The notes beneath the pieces were generated by a model. That model was not told where the DNA came from and ran no database searches. It was given only the letters and a program-made list of their open reading frames with translations. From assembly GCA_041747555.1 (NCBI GenBank), contig JBGTEY010000010.1, positions 2,958 through 66,957 on the forward strand: a stretch of 64,000 nt of DNA. Direction: 5' to 3'. The position numbers and the translations under genes were made by a program. This document shows, in pieces, positions 8,710-17,886 of the stretch (the stretch's first letter is position 1; each line of letters opens with the position of its first letter). This DNA comes from Patescibacteria group bacterium. GTDB taxonomy: Bacteria > Patescibacteriota > Microgenomatia > UBA1400 > PJMF01.

Positions 8710-10577
8710 TCGTTTACCAATCTACAAAGAAGCAGTTTTTAGTTGATGCGGCAAACGGGATTGAAGACATGATCCTTGATAAGGTTTCTGCAAACCTAGG
8801 GATGCGTGTTCAAGAAAATGGCAGTGAGTACAATTCCTGGAAAAACTCACTCGGCAACTACATGTTTCATGTGATGAATGATGAGGCAATTGCTGATGAT
8901 GTGAATGTTGCGGTTGAATACTCGATTCCTCGTACAAAAAATAGGATAGACTTTATTATTACTGGACTTGATGAAAACAACGAAGAAAAGGTAATTATTA
9001 TTGAGCTCAAGCAATGGTCTGAGGTTGGAGTAACGAACAAAGATGCAATTGTATCAACTCGGTTTCAGCATGGAGTAACTGAAACTAATCACCCCTCATA
9101 TCAAGCTTGGTCCTATTCAACATTACTTAATAATTTTAATGAAGTTGTCTATTTAGAGAATATCGATTTAATTCCGTGCGCATACCTACATAATCATCAG
9201 GATGATAATACCGTCACCAATGATATTTATAAGGAGTACTTGGTAAAAGCACCCCTTTTTTGTAAAGGTGAAAAAGAAAAGCTCCAAAAATTTATAACCA
9301 AATATGTAAAAAGTGGTGGAAGTAAGGATCTTCTCTATCGAATTGATTCCGGAAATGTAAGGCCAAGTAAAGAATTGGCTGATAGTCTTGCATCTATGAT
9401 GCTTGGAAATAAAGAATTTGTGCTCATTGATGATCAAAAGTTGGTTTACGAGACTGCTTTGGATCTTATTAGAAAAAATGAAGATACACAGAAACAGGTG
9501 TTTATTATTGAAGGTGGTCCAGGAACGGGAAAGTCAGTAGTAGCAATCAATTTGCTTGTAACTGCTATTCAAAACAAACTGAATGCGCACTACGTTACAA
9601 AAAACGCTGCGCCAAGAGCAGTTTTCGAGGCAAAGCTCACTGGGTCAATGACTAAGACAAAAATTCATAGCCTTTTCCAATCGTCGGGGGCATACATACA
9701 TGCAGAGCAAAATGAAATTGACGTTCTGATTGTGGATGAAGCTCATCGATTGAATGAGAAAGGTGGTATATTTAGCAATCTTGGTGAAAATCAAATCAAA
9801 GAACTAATTTATGCCGCCAAGACTTCTATATTTTTCATAGATGAAGATCAAAGGGTAACGTGGAAAGATATTGGTGAAAGCAGCGCAATAGAAGTGTGGG
9901 CTAGAAAATTGGGTGCAAACGTAAATCGGGCGAAATTGGAATCTCAATTTAGATGTAACGGCTCTGATGGATACCTAGCATGGCTTGATCATGTGCTTGA
10001 AATAAAGGAAACTGCAAATACCTCGCTACGAGGTATTTCATACGATTTTCGCGTTTTTGATTCGCCAACAGAAATGCGTAATGCTGTAATCTCAAAAAAT
10101 ACAAAAAATAAAGCTCGAATTCTAGCTGGTTATTGTTGGGACTGGGTCAGTAAAAGAGATAAGTCTTTGGCAGATATTGAATTTCCTGAATTTGATTTTT
10201 CCATGCAGTGGAATTTAACTGATGATGGCTATACGTATGTAATAGCTCCAAATTCAATAAATCAAGTGGGATGTATCCATACCGCACAGGGGCTCGAGCT
10301 TGAATATGTTGGTGTAATTATAGGTAAGGATTTATCGATAAGGAACTCGAGGGTGGTCACGGATCCTAGTGGAAGGGCAAAAACTGACAAATCACTCCAT
10401 GGCTACAAAAGAGATTTAAAGGCAGGTATCGAGGGTACTGAGGCAAAAGCTGATCTTTTGATAAAAAATACATATAGAACTTTGATGACGAGGGGAATGA
10501 AGGGATGTTTTATTTTTTCTGAGGATGAAGAGACGAGAGAATACTTTAGGAGTAGAATTGGTAAATTTTTTATCTGA
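8706..10577 (+). CDS. DUF2075-family ATPase/helicase-like protein with N-terminal PD-(D/E)xK-like nuclease motif
   Basis: 623 aa. N-terminal RIDFIITGLDENNEEKVIIIELKQW has the D...ExK spacing of the restriction-endonuclease fold. Walker A IIEGGPGTGKSVV and Walker B VLIVDEAHRL are present. The overall layout is that of DUF2075 proteins. Confidence 0.7.
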   Translation: MIVYQSTKKQFLVDAANGIEDMILDKVSANLGMRVQENGSEYNSWKNSLGNYMFHVMNDEAIADDVNVAVEYSIPRTKNRIDFIITGLDENNEEKVIIIELKQWSEVGVTNKDAIVSTRFQHGVTETNHPSYQAWSYSTLLNNFNEVVYLENIDLIPCAYLHNHQDDNTVTNDIYKEYLVKAPLFCKGEKEKLQKFITKYVKSGGSKDLLYRIDSGNVRPSKELADSLASMMLGNKEFVLIDDQKLVYETALDLIRKNEDTQKQVFIIEGGPGTGKSVVAINLLVTAIQNKLNAHYVTKNAAPRAVFEAKLTGSMTKTKIHSLFQSSGAYIHAEQNEIDVLIVDEAHRLNEKGGIFSNLGENQIKELIYAAKTSIFFIDEDQRVTWKDIGESSAIEVWARKLGANVNRAKLESQFRCNGSDGYLAWLDHVLEIKETANTSLRGISYDFRVFDSPTEMRNAVISKNTKNKARILAGYCWDWVSKRDKSLADIEFPEFDFSMQWNLTDDGYTYVIAPNSINQVGCIHTAQGLELEYVGVIIGKDLSIRNSRVVTDPSGRAKTDKSLHGYKRDLKAGIEGTEAKADLLIKNTYRTLMTRGMKGCFIFSEDEETREYFRSRIGKFFI

Positions 10578-10597
10578 TAGCTAAAGAATAATTCCCT

Positions 10598-11083
10598 ATG
10601 CATTCCCACCAATATTTTACCACTTACAAAACCCTCCCCAGCCCCAAACTCATCGAAGCAATCTGCAACCTCGTCTTCACCGACAACCGCGCCATGCCTG
10701 CGCATTACACCAGCAACGGTGGGACGCAGTCGTTTTGTGTTGATTTTGATGGCATTCAGGAGGACGACGAGTATCAAATGGCGTCGGTGGCATTTTATCA
10801 AGTGCATGACTATATGGAAGATGCGGACAATCTTTCTGACTCAGATCGGGCAATGATCATACGGTGTGGTGAGGATTTGATGATTAGCTCCTATATCTTG
10901 CATACTCTTGAGAGAGTAGAGGTGCTCGAAGAAGTAATCGAGTGGCTCACCCAAGCAAATCTTGAGGGCTGGCCCGTTGAGGAAGGCGCAGAGCGAGTGT
11001 TTGGGACGGAGTCTGCACGGAAATGGTTTGCGTTTTGTGTGGAGTATGGTGGGGAAGTGGCTACAAAGGCTCGTTCAATCTAA
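10598..11083 (+). CDS. Hypothetical acidic protein (161 aa)
   Basis: Starts 20 bp after the DUF2075 stop on the same strand. Strongly acidic. No recognisable motif. Confidence 0.45.
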   Translation: MHSHQYFTTYKTLPSPKLIEAICNLVFTDNRAMPAHYTSNGGTQSFCVDFDGIQEDDEYQMASVAFYQVHDYMEDADNLSDSDRAMIIRCGEDLMISSYILHTLERVEVLEEVIEWLTQANLEGWPVEEGAERVFGTESARKWFAFCVEYGGEVATKARSI

Positions 11084-11154
11084 AGCATCCGGAGCGCCTG
11101 CGATCCATACAAAGATTTTGTTATCAGAGAAAAGTGTGTGTTTGGCGTTGTGCA

Positions 11155-11373
11155 CTACCTGCTCCGTTCCGCCTTTTCAACTTCGCCGGCAACGTCAACT
11201 TCTTGCACCTCATTATCATCCCCATCTTGATACAGCCCGACTTCTTCGACCTGTTCATCAATCGAATCGTCTGATTCTGGATTGGTCATGTGACCGCTAA
11301 CACTTTCTTCATCGTGCTCTTGTGGTGTTTCTAGTTCTTCTTCAGTAATGGTGCTTGCAGGTGTCTGTTGCAT
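11155..11373 (-). CDS. Hypothetical very acidic small protein (72 aa)
   Basis: Only ORF in the 436-bp gap 11084..11519. About 40% Asp/Glu. Could be non-coding. Confidence 0.25.
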   Translation of the reverse strand: MQQTPASTITEEELETPQEHDEESVSGHMTNPESDDSIDEQVEEVGLYQDGDDNEVQEVDVAGEVEKAERSR

Positions 11374-11519
11374 GGCTTCCTTTCTTGTATTAGTACTTGG
11401 TTTGTACTATGGAGGAGTCAGGTCAGTATTTTGCGTACTGAGTGTAAGCATTTTGTAAGGAGTCATTTGTATACTAAAAATTCTTACAGAAATCATACAC
11501 ACAGCTCATCTCAACATTA

Positions 11520-12779
11520 TTGAAAAAAGACATACTAGTTTTCATGAACACCACAAACACCCAAACCACTGGCACGCTTTTTACATCCCTTCTTGGCGCA
11601 GAAATTTCACCAGAGCAAGAAAATGACCACTTTCTTCTCAGCCTCTACGTCCCCAATGACAGCTCTAAATTGCAGGTTAGCCAGGTTATCAAATCCCATA
11701 TTTCCCGGGCATTCAAATCTCAAGAATCAACCAAAGATTTCATGCGCGTTGCAGATGCAATTACCGAAGTGTTTGAAAAACACGTGCACGACACGCCAGA
11801 GCTTTTGGAAGGCATGGCATTCTTTACCCCCTTCCAACTGACCACTGATCGTCCAGAGGATATCCGTGAAAAAATCGTGTCTGAGATGATTTTTATCAAA
11901 CTCCACAGCGCACCACAACCAAATGCAACGATTGGCACAATATATAATCTTGACCAGCTGGCATTCATCACCCAGCGGCAATTTTATGCGCATGTGCTCC
12001 ACGTGACCAGAAATGAAGCTGATGTCTATCAATACGACACGCAAAGTTTTGAGAAAATATTCACTATTGAGAACCCTTATTTAGTAGACAAAGAAAAAGA
12101 ACATCTAGAATTTTATGGACCAAGTCAAGGAAAGCGAGTCGTACATGGTACAGGGAGCAATAAGCTTTCTAAGCGCGAAGACAAAGAAAACGAGCAATTT
12201 CTGAAGCGTGTCATCGAATCATTTGAAAAAAAAGTCCCGGTCACCGACCAGCACGAGCTCCTGTTCGTCTACTACTCAGAAAACTTTGAAGATCACATCA
12301 AGGACGCAGTAGATGCACTCGACAAAAAACGCAAAAACCTCCACTGCATCCTCATCGACAAAAATCACCCTACGGCCAGCGAGCTCAAAAAGGCAACCAC
12401 ACAAGAGCTCAAAAACCATCGCAACAAAGCAACGGACACCGTACTCAATGCACTAAAAAATAACCGCAGTACCTTTGCAGTTGGCTGGAACGACGTCACC
12501 AAAGCCAGTCGCCACGGCATGATTGAAGCACTCATTATCAAGGTTGGCGCAGAACAAGAGGGGTACCTCCTAGAAGACTACCTCTACAGCTACCCAATCA
12601 TGGGATCAAGCAAGGTGGACTCTCTGTATCGGCACTTGGTGCGAGCTACGATCCAGAGTGGGGGAGAAATATATCTCATTGATAAGGGTCTGCAGAAAAA
12701 AAATCCGTTACATGACATAGAAGTCGCTGCGCTCATACCGAGCCATGCTGATTTTCTCAATATCACAGATTCTGATTAA
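11520..12779 (+). CDS. eRF1/Pelota-like three-domain protein (bacterial release-factor-like, baeRF-type), GGQ motif absent
   Basis: VHGTGSNKLSKREDKENEQFLKRVIESF aligns with eRF1 central-domain [29 protein letters not shown] with GGQ replaced. LLFVYYSENF matches GLVLAGSADF. FAVGWNDVTKASRHGMIEALIIKVG matches eRF1 domain-3 [20 protein letters not shown]. The track ORF starts at TTG 11520; an alternative ATG is at 11544. Confidence 0.5.
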   Translation: MKKDILVFMNTTNTQTTGTLFTSLLGAEISPEQENDHFLLSLYVPNDSSKLQVSQVIKSHISRAFKSQESTKDFMRVADAITEVFEKHVHDTPELLEGMAFFTPFQLTTDRPEDIREKIVSEMIFIKLHSAPQPNATIGTIYNLDQLAFITQRQFYAHVLHVTRNEADVYQYDTQSFEKIFTIENPYLVDKEKEHLEFYGPSQGKRVVHGTGSNKLSKREDKENEQFLKRVIESFEKKVPVTDQHELLFVYYSENFEDHIKDAVDALDKKRKNLHCILIDKNHPTASELKKATTQELKNHRNKATDTVLNALKNNRSTFAVGWNDVTKASRHGMIEALIIKVGAEQEGYLLEDYLYSYPIMGSSKVDSLYRHLVRATIQSGGEIYLIDKGLQKKNPLHDIEVAALIPSHADFLNITDSD

Positions 12780-12858
12780 GCACGTGATTTTGCAAGAGCA
12801 CATACATACATCAATCGCAGGAATTGACTAGGTATTTTGCATTATTTTGGAAATCTAA

Positions 12859-15381
12859 TTACAAACTCGTAATCAGTATGTAATTCAACTTAGCATTCAC
12901 GGCACCGCGATCAGTCAAAACCGTAATTCTGCCATCCTGCACATTTACAATGCCTGCGTAATAGTCAAAATTATCTTGGCTATCATCAGTAAACGTAATA
13001 TTCTCCACGCGCAAGTGGTTGAGTGAGTCGGTAAAGCTAGCGTCACCAGCCATGATTGTCACTTGATACGTGCCATTGGGAACCGCAATTTCCCAGGTAT
13101 ACCTACCACCAAGTTGCATATGAATTAGCGTATTGCGCAGGAGTGATTCGTTGGAGGTTCTTTCTCTGGTAGCTGATTCTATATTTGAATTCCAGCCGTA
13201 TGTTTGACCATTTCTGACACCATACACCTGACCGTAATCAGGTAGATAGCCACTGGGTATCGAAGCTGTTTGTGGTTGGAAATTGATTTTAATTTCATTA
13301 ATTGTTGTCGGTGGAGTGACGGGCGCAGAGGTGGGTGTAGATATGGGGCTCGGCTGGGTTCCTATCACCGGACTTGGGCGAACTCTCGCAGAGGGTTGCG
13401 GTGTGAGCGCGGGACTTGGGTTGGTTGGAGTTGATGGTGTTGACGGCGTTGGAACAGGCGCCGAAGCTGTATTCATCTCGAATGCACCTATGTTTGGATT
13501 TTGACCGCGCGTTCGACCCAGAATATCTTGGGTTGGAGCAAGATCTGGATTGGCTGCATCGATGACGGTGCTAGAGTTCGGTTCACCGTAAAAACTCACT
13601 ATGTCAGAAAAGACGTCAGAAATTGCTGCCCTGGCTATTGCTCCTGAGCGGACAGCGCGAAAGGTACTGCCGTTCCAGGTGGGTGTAATAATTGTCGATA
13701 CATCGGGTAAATCAGGATTAACAACAACGCGAGTTGCGTCCTCTGTGTATTGTGCCAAGAAGCTATTCACCACGGGGATGGGATTTCCTCCATTCCAAAA
13801 TACATTGTTAGTCAGAAGTCTGTTTGAGGTGATGCCGCTACTGTCAGCTTGCGCAAAATACGCAGGACTTCCATCTTCTGACCCCATGGTACCGGTTGGA
13901 TCAGACCAAATATTATTGGCGATAGTGACGTTGTTGTTTGGATAGTTTTGTGAAAAACTTTGTGTTTTGAGGCGATAGCCGTAGTGTCTGCTTGGCAAAT
14001 TGCCCGTAATGGTATTGTTGCGGAACATGAAATTGTTGACACCTTCAAGTTCGAAGAGCGCTTTGGTTATACCTGTGCCATTTCCGATAAATAAATTGTT
14101 TTCTACTAATCCATGATTGAGCACATAGGATAGCGTGTCTTCTGCGCCAAATTGGAGCCAAGGAATTTGGGTGCCGGTGGTGCTGTAGTTGAAGAAAATA
14201 TTCTCAGAAATCGTAATTGAGTTAGAGCCAACGATAGTATCGCAATTTGAGCCCGTTGGATCGCACGTATCTAGCCTGGAGCCAGGACTTGAGCTACTGG
14301 AATTGACCGCAAACGTGTTGCCATTGGGGTGGGGGACAACCACAGAGCCCGACTGATTAGTGAGTCCAGCTCGGTTTATTTCTGGGACCCCGAGACTACT
14401 ATCTTTTACCACAATATACCCAGCTGGTTCGGCATTTTTTGCAAAATCATTAAAGAAAATATTCTTGTTTATTTTTACGTTGAAAACACTATTCACATCA
14501 ATAAATTCTTCTGTGGTTCCATTATTCGCTGTAGAGCCTGCCTGATTATTTTTGGTGGCTTGATTGTAGAAAAGATTGCCGGTGATATTGATATCGCCGC
14601 CATTTTGAATCTTGATGTGGTCGTTGCAATAGCTGTCGTGAATGATGTTATTTTCAAAGGTGATTTGACCAGAATAATCGGTGCCGTTGGGGTAGAGCTT
14701 GGAATTTGCATCGTAGTAGACGTTGTCTGGTCCTCGTTTTGCACCAAATGGGCCACCAGGGTCACTCGAATCATTTACCTGAATAATGTATGCAGAACTA
14801 TTGCTTGGATCGCATGAGGGGATTGGTTCGATGTGTTTAAGCTCTAAATCTGCAATGCGAAGGTTGTAGGCATTATTTAATCGAAGTACGATGCCAGTAT
14901 TTTGCAGAACTGCTTTATATGGAGTAGCTGCGGTTACGGTTACGGGGTATTGAAAATGTTTATCTATAATTTGTTGTTCACCTGTGTACACACCATCGGT
15001 GAAGATAATTGCGTCACCTGCCTGACTTCCAATTCCGGGGAGGCTCAGGGCAGTTTTAAGTGATTTGCAAGGTTGGGAGCTGGTGCAGGGTGATGAATCA
15101 TTTCCATTGGGAGCAAGGTAAAAACTTCTGGTGATAACTTGAGCTGCAGGCGCGGCTTGAGATTCAGGCTCGGTCCGTGTGGAGATATTTGCGACACTGA
15201 GGCCGACTGCGCCAAGAATGATTAACACCGGTATCAGTGTTTTTGCTAAACGAGCGGCGTTACTTTGACGAGGTCTTCTGGGAGCAGTATCAGGCGACGG
15301 ATACGTTGAACTGGATTGCGCCGAAGCGAACGAATCATTGGTGTGAGGAGACGACAGTCGTTCTGATGGATTAGTCTGCAT
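12859..15381 (-). CDS. Large membrane-anchored surface protein with right-handed parallel beta-helix (pectate-lyase-like) region, Pro/Thr/Ser-rich linker and C-terminal globular domain
   Basis: 840 aa. N-terminal charged tail plus one TM (LIPVLIILGAVGLSV). Asn-rich repeats of the form NN..I.N / GN.F.N. A PT linker (PVPTPSTPSTPTNPSP...TPTSAPVTPPTT) precedes a ~190-aa C-terminal domain. Confidence 0.6.
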   Translation of the reverse strand: MQTNPSERLSSPHTNDSFASAQSSSTYPSPDTAPRRPRQSNAARLAKTLIPVLIILGAVGLSVANISTRTEPESQAAPAAQVITRSFYLAPNGNDSSPCTSSQPCKSLKTALSLPGIGSQAGDAIIFTDGVYTGEQQIIDKHFQYPVTVTAATPYKAVLQNTGIVLRLNNAYNLRIADLELKHIEPIPSCDPSNSSAYIIQVNDSSDPGGPFGAKRGPDNVYYDANSKLYPNGTDYSGQITFENNIIHDSYCNDHIKIQNGGDINITGNLFYNQATKNNQAGSTANNGTTEEFIDVNSVFNVKINKNIFFNDFAKNAEPAGYIVVKDSSLGVPEINRAGLTNQSGSVVVPHPNGNTFAVNSSSSSPGSRLDTCDPTGSNCDTIVGSNSITISENIFFNYSTTGTQIPWLQFGAEDTLSYVLNHGLVENNLFIGNGTGITKALFELEGVNNFMFRNNTITGNLPSRHYGYRLKTQSFSQNYPNNNVTIANNIWSDPTGTMGSEDGSPAYFAQADSSGITSNRLLTNNVFWNGGNPIPVVNSFLAQYTEDATRVVVNPDLPDVSTIITPTWNGSTFRAVRSGAIARAAISDVFSDIVSFYGEPNSSTVIDAANPDLAPTQDILGRTRGQNPNIGAFEMNTASAPVPTPSTPSTPTNPSPALTPQPSARVRPSPVIGTQPSPISTPTSAPVTPPTTINEIKINFQPQTASIPSGYLPDYGQVYGVRNGQTYGWNSNIESATRERTSNESLLRNTLIHMQLGGRYTWEIAVPNGTYQVTIMAGDASFTDSLNHLRVENITFTDDSQDNFDYYAGIVNVQDGRITVLTDRGAVNAKLNYILITSL

Positions 15382-15452
15382 GTGACTTCAGTCTGACGGA
15401 GATCTGGGGGTGTGTCAAGTTGCTGAGTGCAATGTAGTTGTTATAGTAATTT

Positions 15453-16007
15453 ATGAGGTATACTATCGGGATGAAAAAAGATGGGGTAGAGGCAATTGGT
15501 GCATTAGAAAATCACACTGAAACAAAGAGTGTGTTAAATAAAACTAATTTGGCTGTCCTATACACGCTTATATCTGTGACAGTATCAACCTATTATTACA
15601 CTCAAGTTCCCGAGTTAAGGAGCGCTGAATTACAAGGCATCTTAACACCGTTTGAAGAGCGAGCGCTGCACTATTTTCTAAATTATATTGGCAACCATGT
15701 TGCCACGTTCAATTGGATGATGCTCGGGGTAATCATTGATTCTGCCATAACCATTATTCAAACAAAAATTGATCAACACAGTGATTTAGCAAAAGCCATT
15801 AGCATAGCTCAAATTATAATTCCGTATGTCGTACTAACACTTCTGTTTATAGCAAATGTCGATACAGAATATCTTCAGTTGCTCCCGGTTAGTTTCGGTT
15901 CACCACACCTCTATGATATTCCGGCGGGTGTATTCGGCATGCTGTCTGGCGCTCTTTTGTTGGAAGAGTACCGATCCAAGGTGTTGTCACGGATTCATTC
16001 CAAATAA
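15453..16007 (+). CDS. Hypothetical membrane protein
   Basis: 184 aa with ~4 hydrophobic helices. No motif recognised. Confidence 0.4.
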   Translation: MRYTIGMKKDGVEAIGALENHTETKSVLNKTNLAVLYTLISVTVSTYYYTQVPELRSAELQGILTPFEERALHYFLNYIGNHVATFNWMMLGVIIDSAITIIQTKIDQHSDLAKAISIAQIIIPYVVLTLLFIANVDTEYLQLLPVSFGSPHLYDIPAGVFGMLSGALLLEEYRSKVLSRIHSK

Positions 16008-16141
16008 CCGTGTTTTTAGACCAGGTAATTAATCACGTACGCACCAGCAATCAAAGAAACTAGCGAGCCACCAGCCAAAACTGCTGATTTGGTGACGATC
16101 CATCACAAATTGAGACATGACTGGATGCTATAATCAGCACT

Positions 16142-16603
16142 ATGATCACAGACATTGAAAACGTCATTCGACAGTATCTCCCAACCGTTATTCATCTTTC
16201 TTTGGCTACGACCAGAGACTCACAACCATGGATTTGTGAAGTGCATTACGTGTTTGATGATGATTTGAACCTTTATTTTCGGTCGAAGCCATCGAGAAGG
16301 CATAGTTTAGAGATCGCAGACAACAATAGAGTGGCGGGAAACATAGTCGCGCAACACGTAGTGGGCGAGAAACCCAGAGGTGTTTATTTTGAAGGTGTTG
16401 CGGAGTTGCTTGAGAATGTGGATGAGCGCTCGGTCGCATATACACTGTACTGTGATCGATTTGGGACGACGGAAGAAATTCTCACCGATGCAAAAAAAGA
16501 AGACGGTCATAAATTTTACAAAATTTCAGTTTCAAAGTATTATCTTTTTGACAAAAAAGAGTCTGATCCAAGTCAGAAGTATGAACTGAATTGGCAGAGG
16601 TAA
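16142..16603 (+). CDS. Pyridoxamine 5'-phosphate oxidase-like FMN-binding split-barrel protein (YhbP/UPF0306-like)
   Basis: HLSLATTRDSQPWICEVHYVFDDDLNLYFRSKPSRRHSLEIADNNRVAGNIV is typical of the PNPOx-like split barrel. Confidence 0.55.
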   Translation: MITDIENVIRQYLPTVIHLSLATTRDSQPWICEVHYVFDDDLNLYFRSKPSRRHSLEIADNNRVAGNIVAQHVVGEKPRGVYFEGVAELLENVDERSVAYTLYCDRFGTTEEILTDAKKEDGHKFYKISVSKYYLFDKKESDPSQKYELNWQR

Positions 16604-16675
16604 TAGGGAAATATGCTCCTGAACTTTTGTTTTTAAAAACTAGTTCCAAGATGAACTCATTCACACTTGAATATC

Positions 16676-17794
16676 TCAAATGTTGTACACATCCTTCGTG
16701 AGTGTTGCTAAGACATTTTTTTTAGAAAATGATGATTTGAAGGTTGTATCGAGCGTATATTTTTTTGTATAGCTTGGTACGTTCTGGCAACAATCAGAAA
16801 TTTTCTCAGCCAATAATCGTGTATTATTTTGTTTAAACTTGAGGTGAGGAAGCGAAGACGATTCTACAATTTCGGACAGCGCCGATGCGTCAGCAACAAG
16901 CACGGGAATTCCAGATAGTGCTGCCTGCAGGGTAGTGATGCTCTGCACTTCAACATTTGACGGCATCACGAAAAAATCAGTGTTACAAAATAAATCGGCC
17001 TTTTTCTTTTCATGGACTGTTCCGAGAATGGTGACTGATGTTTCGCAACCTAATTTTTTGGCGAGTGATTGTAGTTTTTGGCGCTGATTTTTTAGATTTC
17101 TGCCTGCAATGGTCAGATGTTTATTTTTTTGTTGAACGAGCGACCAGCCCTTGATGAGTAATTTTAAATTTTTATCTGGGTCGAGTCTGCCGAAGAATAA
17201 GAAATGTACCGTTTTTGATTCAGAGGTGACATGCCTTGGTTTTTGATATTTTTCTATCCAGAAAGGTACTCGAATGATGGCGGGCTTGAGACGTAATTTT
17301 TTTAATTCCTGAATAATAAAATGTGAGGGTGCGATAATCACGTCACTTGGTTGTAAAAACCATTTCCAGTACATCCATCCCAATTTGGTCAGTAGTTTGG
17401 TGTAGTAGCGTGAAAATGGCAGATATTTTGCTAAAAAATTAGGGATTCCGTGCACGGTAATTACAAGTTTTGTATTTGAGTGCATCGCCCATGCACGTGC
17501 CCAAAACCCTAAAAAACTTGGCGAGTGAATATGCACCACGTCTGGATTAAACTGTTCTATTTGTTTTCGAATAGCATAAAATTGCAAGGGAATGACGGTA
17601 TCAAGTCGAAATGGATTTTTGATACCTTTGACCGGTATGGTGTCTTTAGTGTGGGGGACAGATTTGTGAAACGGTGCGAGTATTTTGACCGAATGATCGA
17701 GATTTTTGAGCTCAAAAGCGTACTCTGAAACAACTGTGGTCACACCACTGATGGTGGGGAGGTAGCTGTCGGTGACGAGGAGGATTTTTGCCAT
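16676..17794 (-). CDS. Glycosyltransferase family 4 (GT-B, Glycos_transf_1)
   Basis: N-terminal LLVTDSYLPTISGV. C-terminal FFGRLDPDKNLKLLIKG...GIPVLVADASALSEIVE, the E-x7-E/retaining GT4 signature region. Confidence 0.8.
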   Translation of the reverse strand: MAKILLVTDSYLPTISGVTTVVSEYAFELKNLDHSVKILAPFHKSVPHTKDTIPVKGIKNPFRLDTVIPLQFYAIRKQIEQFNPDVVHIHSPSFLGFWARAWAMHSNTKLVITVHGIPNFLAKYLPFSRYYTKLLTKLGWMYWKWFLQPSDVIIAPSHFIIQELKKLRLKPAIIRVPFWIEKYQKPRHVTSESKTVHFLFFGRLDPDKNLKLLIKGWSLVQQKNKHLTIAGRNLKNQRQKLQSLAKKLGCETSVTILGTVHEKKKADLFCNTDFFVMPSNVEVQSITTLQAALSGIPVLVADASALSEIVESSSLPHLKFKQNNTRLLAEKISDCCQNVPSYTKKYTLDTTFKSSFSKKNVLATLTKDVYNI

Positions 17795-17886
17795 TTTGGT
17801 GTGGATTCTCGGAGCCGTGTTTTTTAACTACGCACTCTGCAATAGTATACAGTTTTTGAATATGAAACGAGAGGAATCCTATTTTT

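Noticed and set aside
13283-14817. Plus-strand ORFs (13283..13504, 13601..13945, 14329..14817) inside the beta-helix gene.
   Set aside because: Antisense shadow ORFs within an 840-aa gene that has a coherent domain structure.
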